From Desulfovibrionaceae bacterium (GTDB lineage Bacteria > Desulfobacterota > Desulfovibrionia > Desulfovibrionales > Desulfovibrionaceae): a stretch of DNA of 64,000 nucleotides. The stretch lies in contig JAVBMT010000023.1 of the NCBI GenBank assembly GCA_031552195.1, forward strand, positions 104,364 to 168,363, given 5' to 3'. This document shows, piece by piece, positions 59,494-64,000 of the stretch (positions are counted from its first letter, which is position 1; every line of letters starts with the position of its first letter). The position numbers and the translations under genes are program-made. The notes beneath the pieces are model-generated. The model saw only the letters and a list, made by a program, of their open reading frames with translations, was not told the origin of the DNA and did not search any database.

Positions 59494-60626
59494 AACCCAG
59501 AATTTTCATCGCGCTTGCCACAGGCATACTGGGAGGACCGGGAAAAGGCCTGGTGCAGTTTCTCAAGTCCGGCGGCCTGGAAGGATGCTATCCTATCCTG
59601 ATTGATTACGAAACCCGCCCTGATGCTGAAAATTTGCCGGATACGGAGTATGCCGCGGCAATAAAAAGCACCGGCGCGCGGCTGGTCACCATACGCCAGA
59701 AAAAAGCTTTCGATCCAGCCATTGTTGAGCAATGCCTTAGGGTTATACGCGAAAACAACCTGCAGATATTGCAGTCGCACGGCTATAAAAGCCATGTGCT
59801 GTGCTGGCTGCTGCGCCGCAAAACCGGATTGCCCTGGGTAGCCTTCGTGCACGGCTGGACGGCCGAAAATCTTAAAATACGCTTCTATGCGGCTGTGGAA
59901 CTGATAATGACTATGTTGGCCGATGAGGTTGTTGCGGTTTCGGAGTCGGTGCGCTCGCGCTTGCTGCCGCCTGCACGCTCTCGGTGCGTGGTTATTCCGA
60001 ACGCTGTCGAGCAAACCGAAACCGCGAACGGCCAGAGCGATGGCCGGGACGTACGCCGGGGGCTTGGCCTGCAAGAAAACGACATACTGGCCGGAGTAAT
60101 CGGCCGTTTGAGCCCTGAGAAAGGACAGAGCGTTTTTCTCAGAGCGCTGGCCGCAGCCAGGAAAAAAGATCCGCGCCTTAAAGGGCTTCTGGTCGGAGGC
60201 GGCCAGGAAAAAGAGCGCCTGCAAGCTGAGGCGGAGGCCCTTGGTTTAAAAGAGCACTGCTTTTTCACAGGCCATGTGCAAGGAATGGCTCCATATTACC
60301 GGGCCATGGATATCCAGGTTATGCCGTCCTTCAGCGAGGGCATGCCGAATGCCGCGCTGGAAGGCATGCTTTTCGGTCTGCCGCTGCTCGCGACGAATGT
60401 CGGCGGCATACCAGAAGTTGTTCTTGATGGGGCGACAGGCCTGCTTGTAAACGCCGGCGATGAAAATGCCCTGGCGTCAGGCATGCTGAAGCTGGCTGAA
60501 GATTCCCGGTTGCGGGCCAGCCTGGGAAACTCCGGACGAGAACGGGTTATGGCGTATTTTGATCCAAAGGTGCGGGCAAAACGCATTCTTACCTTGTACC
60601 ATAACCTCCTGCAAATAAAATCCTAG
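59490..60626 (+). CDS. Glycosyltransferase family 4 (PEP-CTERM/EpsH1-associated sugar transferase type)
   Basis: The GTG start lies in a GTGA overlap with the upstream stop. It contains PSFSEGMPNAALEGMLFGLPLLATNVGGIPEVV. Confidence 0.85.
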   Translation: MKPRIFIALATGILGGPGKGLVQFLKSGGLEGCYPILIDYETRPDAENLPDTEYAAAIKSTGARLVTIRQKKAFDPAIVEQCLRVIRENNLQILQSHGYKSHVLCWLLRRKTGLPWVAFVHGWTAENLKIRFYAAVELIMTMLADEVVAVSESVRSRLLPPARSRCVVIPNAVEQTETANGQSDGRDVRRGLGLQENDILAGVIGRLSPEKGQSVFLRALAAARKKDPRLKGLLVGGGQEKERLQAEAEALGLKEHCFFTGHVQGMAPYYRAMDIQVMPSFSEGMPNAALEGMLFGLPLLATNVGGIPEVVLDGATGLLVNAGDENALASGMLKLAEDSRLRASLGNSGRERVMAYFDPKVRAKRILTLYHNLLQIKS

Positions 60627-60639
60627 GAGAACACCACCT

Positions 60640-61458
60640 ATGGAAGCCTGGAAACGTTTTAAACTGGCGGTAAAGCGCAAAGAGACTCCCTTCTACGCCG
60701 CACTGCATGATATCGCGAGAGCCGTGATGGGGATATCCATGCCTGTTATTCCTGTCTTTCATAGTGCTCTGTATAGTGAATGGGCCGCCCGCACCTCGCT
60801 CTGGCATGACTTTTGGCGTATTTTTTACTACGAACCCATGTTCAAGTCGCAGTGCCGCGCGGTCGGGAAAGATTTCAAGATGTGGTATGGAGGAAACGGC
60901 GTCACCCGCATATTGGGCAATCTCGAAATATATTTAGGCGATAACGTACGCACGTTTGACAACATCAGCCTGTGCGGCGTGCGGATATTCGACAAGCCCG
61001 AACTGAAAGTCGGCAACAATGTTTACCTCGGCCCAAGTTCAAGGTTTATGATCGCCAAAGAGGTAAGCATAGGCGACAACACGATCATCGGTTCGCGCAA
61101 CATGATAGTTGACAACCCCGGACACCCGTCAGACGCGTGGGAAAGACTGGCCCGGTCAGGCGGCTTGCCCTCGCCCGAAAGCGTTAAACCTGTTTCTATC
61201 GGGGCGTTCTGCTTTTTCGGGGCGGACTGCTATATCTATCCTGGCGCTCAAGTCGGTGATGGCGTTGTAAGCCAGGTTGGAACGCACATCAAAGGCAACA
61301 TTCCGCCGTTCGTCACTATCGCCGGAAACCCCTGCCGAGTGATAAAAGCGCTGGATATCCCGGAGCGCCTGGAGGAACTGGCGGGTAAAGACCGTTTCGC
61401 CGCCTGGCACGAAGAACGCAGACTTTATTTTGAAGAACACGGGGAACCGAAACGATGA
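60640..61458 (+). CDS. Left-handed beta-helix (hexapeptide-repeat) acyltransferase with an N-terminal extension of about 90 aa
   Basis: The hexapeptide repeats are VGNNVYLGPSSRFMIAKEVSIGDNTIIGSRNMIV and VSIGAFCFFGADCYIYPGAQVGDGVVSQVGTHI...IAGNPCRVIK. AGGAGA lies upstream. Confidence 0.8.
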   Translation: MEAWKRFKLAVKRKETPFYAALHDIARAVMGISMPVIPVFHSALYSEWAARTSLWHDFWRIFYYEPMFKSQCRAVGKDFKMWYGGNGVTRILGNLEIYLGDNVRTFDNISLCGVRIFDKPELKVGNNVYLGPSSRFMIAKEVSIGDNTIIGSRNMIVDNPGHPSDAWERLARSGGLPSPESVKPVSIGAFCFFGADCYIYPGAQVGDGVVSQVGTHIKGNIPPFVTIAGNPCRVIKALDIPERLEELAGKDRFAAWHEERRLYFEEHGEPKR

Positions 61459-63164
61459 AAAAAGCCCTGCAGTCGCTTTTTCTTGCGCCCGCCGGCCTGT
61501 TTTACGCGCTGATGCTCTTGTGCGCGTTTATTGCCGGCAAGAAACGCGCATTCATGAGCATGTCGCAATTTCTAGCCCTTTGGCCTGGCCTGGCCGGAAT
61601 TTGGCTGCGCGCAGCCTTTTACCGCCTGGCTCTTACCCATTCCTCGCAGCATACCGTAATCGAGTTCCTTACCACTTTTTCAAGCCGTGAAGCCCGCCTG
61701 GCCCCTCATGTGTCCATAGGGTCCGGTTGCAACATAGGCCGTGTGGAAATAGGCGAAGATTGCATCATAGGCTCGCAGGCAACTTTGCTTAGCGGCAGGC
61801 GGCAACACTCTTTTGCTGATCCGCACACCCCAATACGCCTGCAAGAAGGAATTTTTGAAAAGATCACCCTGGGCCGCGACTGCTGGATAGGAAACGGGTC
61901 TGTTGTTATGGCCGATATCGGCGAAGGGTCTGTCGTGGCGGCCGGCAGCGTTGTGGTCCGCCCGGTTCCGCCCTTCAGCATCGTGGCCGGAAACCCGGCC
62001 AAAGTTATAGGTTCGCGTCTTGAAGGGGCGGCACAAGAACGCACTCTCTGCAAAGAGCCGATCAAACCCTGCGTGATGCAGCTTTTGGTCACCCTGAATA
62101 TCGGAGGAGCTGAAAGTTTGGCTTTAAATCTGCTTGCATTGGGCAAGAACAGTTTTGACGGGTTCGTTCTCGGCCTGTTCCAGGAAACCGGAACCCTGGA
62201 AAAACAACTTCAGGATTTCGGACTGCCCAGCCTGGCCATGCGGGCTGAAAAAACCGGCAGGCTGAAAGGCATATTGAATTTGCGCAAAGCCATACTGGAC
62301 AACAACGTTGCCATAATGCACACCCATGCAGCCTGGCTTCTGCCCTATGCCATTCCAGCCGCAAAACTGGCCGGAATTCCGCTGATTTATACGGAACACT
62401 CCATCAATGCCCTTCAGACTATGCCCAAGCTGCGCCGCGCGCTAAAACTGGCGGCCCCGTTCATATCCGGCATTGTTTGCATAAGCGAGCACATCGCGGA
62501 ATATTTAATTAAAGAAGTGGGCATAAACCCCAAAAAAATAAATATCATCCACAATGGGGTGGATACCGTACGCTTTTCTCCGGAAGGCGGTAAAATATCC
62601 CTTCCCTGGAACGAAAAGGCCTTCGTCTTCGGCACCGTGGCCAGATTGCATGACGCCAAGGATTTTCCCAACCTCTTGAAAGCCTTCGCCATCGTGCATG
62701 AACGCCGCCCGGAAGCCCGCCTGTTCATAGCCGGCGACGGCGATCAACACAGCACGATTACGGCCCTGATAACCGAACTTGGCCTTGAAGAAAGCGTCTG
62801 CCTTGCTGGGGCGCGTTCCGACGTTCCCGACATTCTGCGCTCACTTGATGTTTTCGTGCTTTCATCAAAGCATGAAGGTTTTCCTATGGCGGTGCTGGAA
62901 GCCATGGCAAGCGGCGCCCCCGTTATTGCCACCAGAGTGGGCGGACTTGCCGCTCTTAACGCGGACGGGGACCATATTTTCCTCGTTAATCCGGAAAACA
63001 GCGCCGCATTGGCCGAAGCCATGAACGAGCTTCTGGAAAATGCGGATAAACGCGCCGAACTTGCGGCTGCCGGCCTGAAAAAAGTCCGTTCTGACTACGC
63101 GGTAGGCACTATGGCGGAACAATATTTCCGCCTTTACCTGCAAAAAGGGTTAAGAAAAAAATAA
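61455..63164 (+). CDS. Bifunctional fusion: hexapeptide acyltransferase (about aa 1-200) plus GT4 glycosyltransferase (about aa 210-569)
   Basis: The N-terminal half contains VSIGSGCNIGRVEIGEDCIIGSQATLLSG and ITLGRDCWIGNGSVVMADIGEGSVVAAGSVVVRPVPPFSIVAGNPAKVIG. The C-terminal half contains LNIGGAESLALNL and SSKHEGFPMAVLEAMASGAPVIATRVGGL. It overlaps the upstream gene by ATGA. Confidence 0.85.
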   Translation: MKKALQSLFLAPAGLFYALMLLCAFIAGKKRAFMSMSQFLALWPGLAGIWLRAAFYRLALTHSSQHTVIEFLTTFSSREARLAPHVSIGSGCNIGRVEIGEDCIIGSQATLLSGRRQHSFADPHTPIRLQEGIFEKITLGRDCWIGNGSVVMADIGEGSVVAAGSVVVRPVPPFSIVAGNPAKVIGSRLEGAAQERTLCKEPIKPCVMQLLVTLNIGGAESLALNLLALGKNSFDGFVLGLFQETGTLEKQLQDFGLPSLAMRAEKTGRLKGILNLRKAILDNNVAIMHTHAAWLLPYAIPAAKLAGIPLIYTEHSINALQTMPKLRRALKLAAPFISGIVCISEHIAEYLIKEVGINPKKINIIHNGVDTVRFSPEGGKISLPWNEKAFVFGTVARLHDAKDFPNLLKAFAIVHERRPEARLFIAGDGDQHSTITALITELGLEESVCLAGARSDVPDILRSLDVFVLSSKHEGFPMAVLEAMASGAPVIATRVGGLAALNADGDHIFLVNPENSAALAEAMNELLENADKRAELAAAGLKKVRSDYAVGTMAEQYFRLYLQKGLRKK

Positions 63165-63333
63165 AACCGATAAGCTCGGACAGTGCGCATGCCGAACCTC
63201 TTTCCCCTTGCCTATAATCGGACTTTTACATTAATATAGCGTAAATATAGCAATAATTTTACTGAATTTGCGAGAAAACGCCGGGTTACCATGTGCGGTT
63301 CAGGTAACAACAATCAGTGGATAAGGAGATAAA

Positions 63334-64000
63334 ATGACGTTTGAAGCATTCTGCAGGAAATACTATCTCTGGTGCCTGTTGCCCGTAATTATGCTGGCGG
63401 CGGCATATTCCACCATTTTTCCACGCATGGTAAACGACTGGCTGAATGACCCCAATTATTCGCACGGGCTTCTGGTGCCGGTCATTTCAGGCTGGTTCGT
63501 CTACATTTCGTGGCCTGAGCTGAAAAAGGCCCCCGTCGCTCCTTCATGGCTGGGTTTGTTTTTTATAGCGTTCGGCCTGCTGCTGCTTTGGGGCGGTCTC
63601 TCCGTCGCGGAGCTGTATACAAGCCGTTCCTCCTTTATTTTCATCCTGACCGGAGCGATCATGCTGCTTTGCGGCACGGCCGTCGTCCGTCTGCTGGCCT
63701 TGCCTCTTATATTTCTTTTCTTTATGATTCCACTGCCTTATACTGTATACGACACATTGGCCCTGCCCCTGAAAGCCCTGGTCAGCCAAATGGCCACCGG
63801 AGGCCTGAAACTGTTCGGTTTTGCCGTGATACGCGAAGGCAACATCATAATGCTGCCCAATATAAGCCTTGAAGTTGTAGACGCGTGCAGCGGCTTGCGT
63901 TCCCTGGTCAGCCTCATCGCTTTGGGAACGGCCTACGCTTTTATTTTCCTGAAAGGCAAGCTGCGCCGTTTTCTGCTGATAGCCGCCACGATTCCGATAG
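63334..64000 (+). CDS. xrtA: Exosortase (XrtA/EpsH-like), 3'-truncated by the window edge
   Basis: This ORF is missing from the track because it is open-ended. My own translation from ATG 63334 (AGGAG 6 nt upstream) gives MTFEAFCRKYYLWCLLPVIMLAAAYS...DPNYSHGLLVP...FFMIPLPYTVYD...LEVVDACSGLRSLVSL. The last motif contains the conserved catalytic Cys, encoded at 63886-63888. Confidence 0.9.
   Translation, partial: MTFEAFCRKYYLWCLLPVIMLAAAYSTIFPRMVNDWLNDPNYSHGLLVPVISGWFVYISWPELKKAPVAPSWLGLFFIAFGLLLLWGGLSVAELYTSRSSFIFILTGAIMLLCGTAVVRLLALPLIFLFFMIPLPYTVYDTLALPLKALVSQMATGGLKLFGFAVIREGNIIMLPNISLEVVDACSGLRSLVSLIALGTAYAFIFLKGKLRRFLLIAATIPI

Overview
This 64-kb chromosomal window comes from a moderately GC-rich genome with AT-rich intergenic islands. 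Gene content and protein style suggest a Desulfovibrio-like sulfate reducer (Thermodesulfobacteriota), but that taxonomy is inference only. I support about 44 protein-coding genes and found no rRNA, tRNA, CRISPR array, IS element or integrase.

Layout:
- 1-8.7 kb is an accessory-looking stretch. It holds a 5'-truncated GT-B glycosyltransferase, an orphan 1064-aa membrane protein of unknown function, and an orphan RTX/VWA secreted protein of the type I secretion kind. Long AT-rich spacers flank these genes.
- 9.3-21.8 kb is a minus-strand housekeeping string: glyS, glyQ, recO, a rodZ-like gene and a SurA-like PPIase. It also contains a discrete three-gene unit (116-aa protein, fused radical-SAM protein, double M16 peptidase) bounded by a sigma70-like promoter and a canonical intrinsic terminator.
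- 21.9-33.4 kb is on the plus strand: an acidic orphan, a HAD hydrolase, yggT-divIVA-DUF167-DUF465, ilvBNC, DUF4390 plus an NtrY-like kinase with no adjacent response regulator, and an RlmD/RumA-type methyltransferase.
- 33.5-39.1 kb is a 1886-aa alpha-2-macroglobulin with an intact CLEQ thioester motif and no adjacent pbpC.
- 39.5-64.0 kb is a near-complete exosortase A (XrtA)/PEP-CTERM exopolysaccharide locus. It runs from the PrsT TPR lipoprotein to the 3'-truncated exosortase gene.

The best candidates for undescribed biology are:
- the small-protein/radical-SAM/M16 operon;
- the 1064-aa orphan membrane protein;
- the FemAB/DegT-like/ATP-grasp decoration module and the acyltransferase-glycosyltransferase fusion inside the XrtA locus;
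- a bidirectional terminator with no plus-strand gene to terminate.

All family assignments come from motif recognition by eye. No database search was run.
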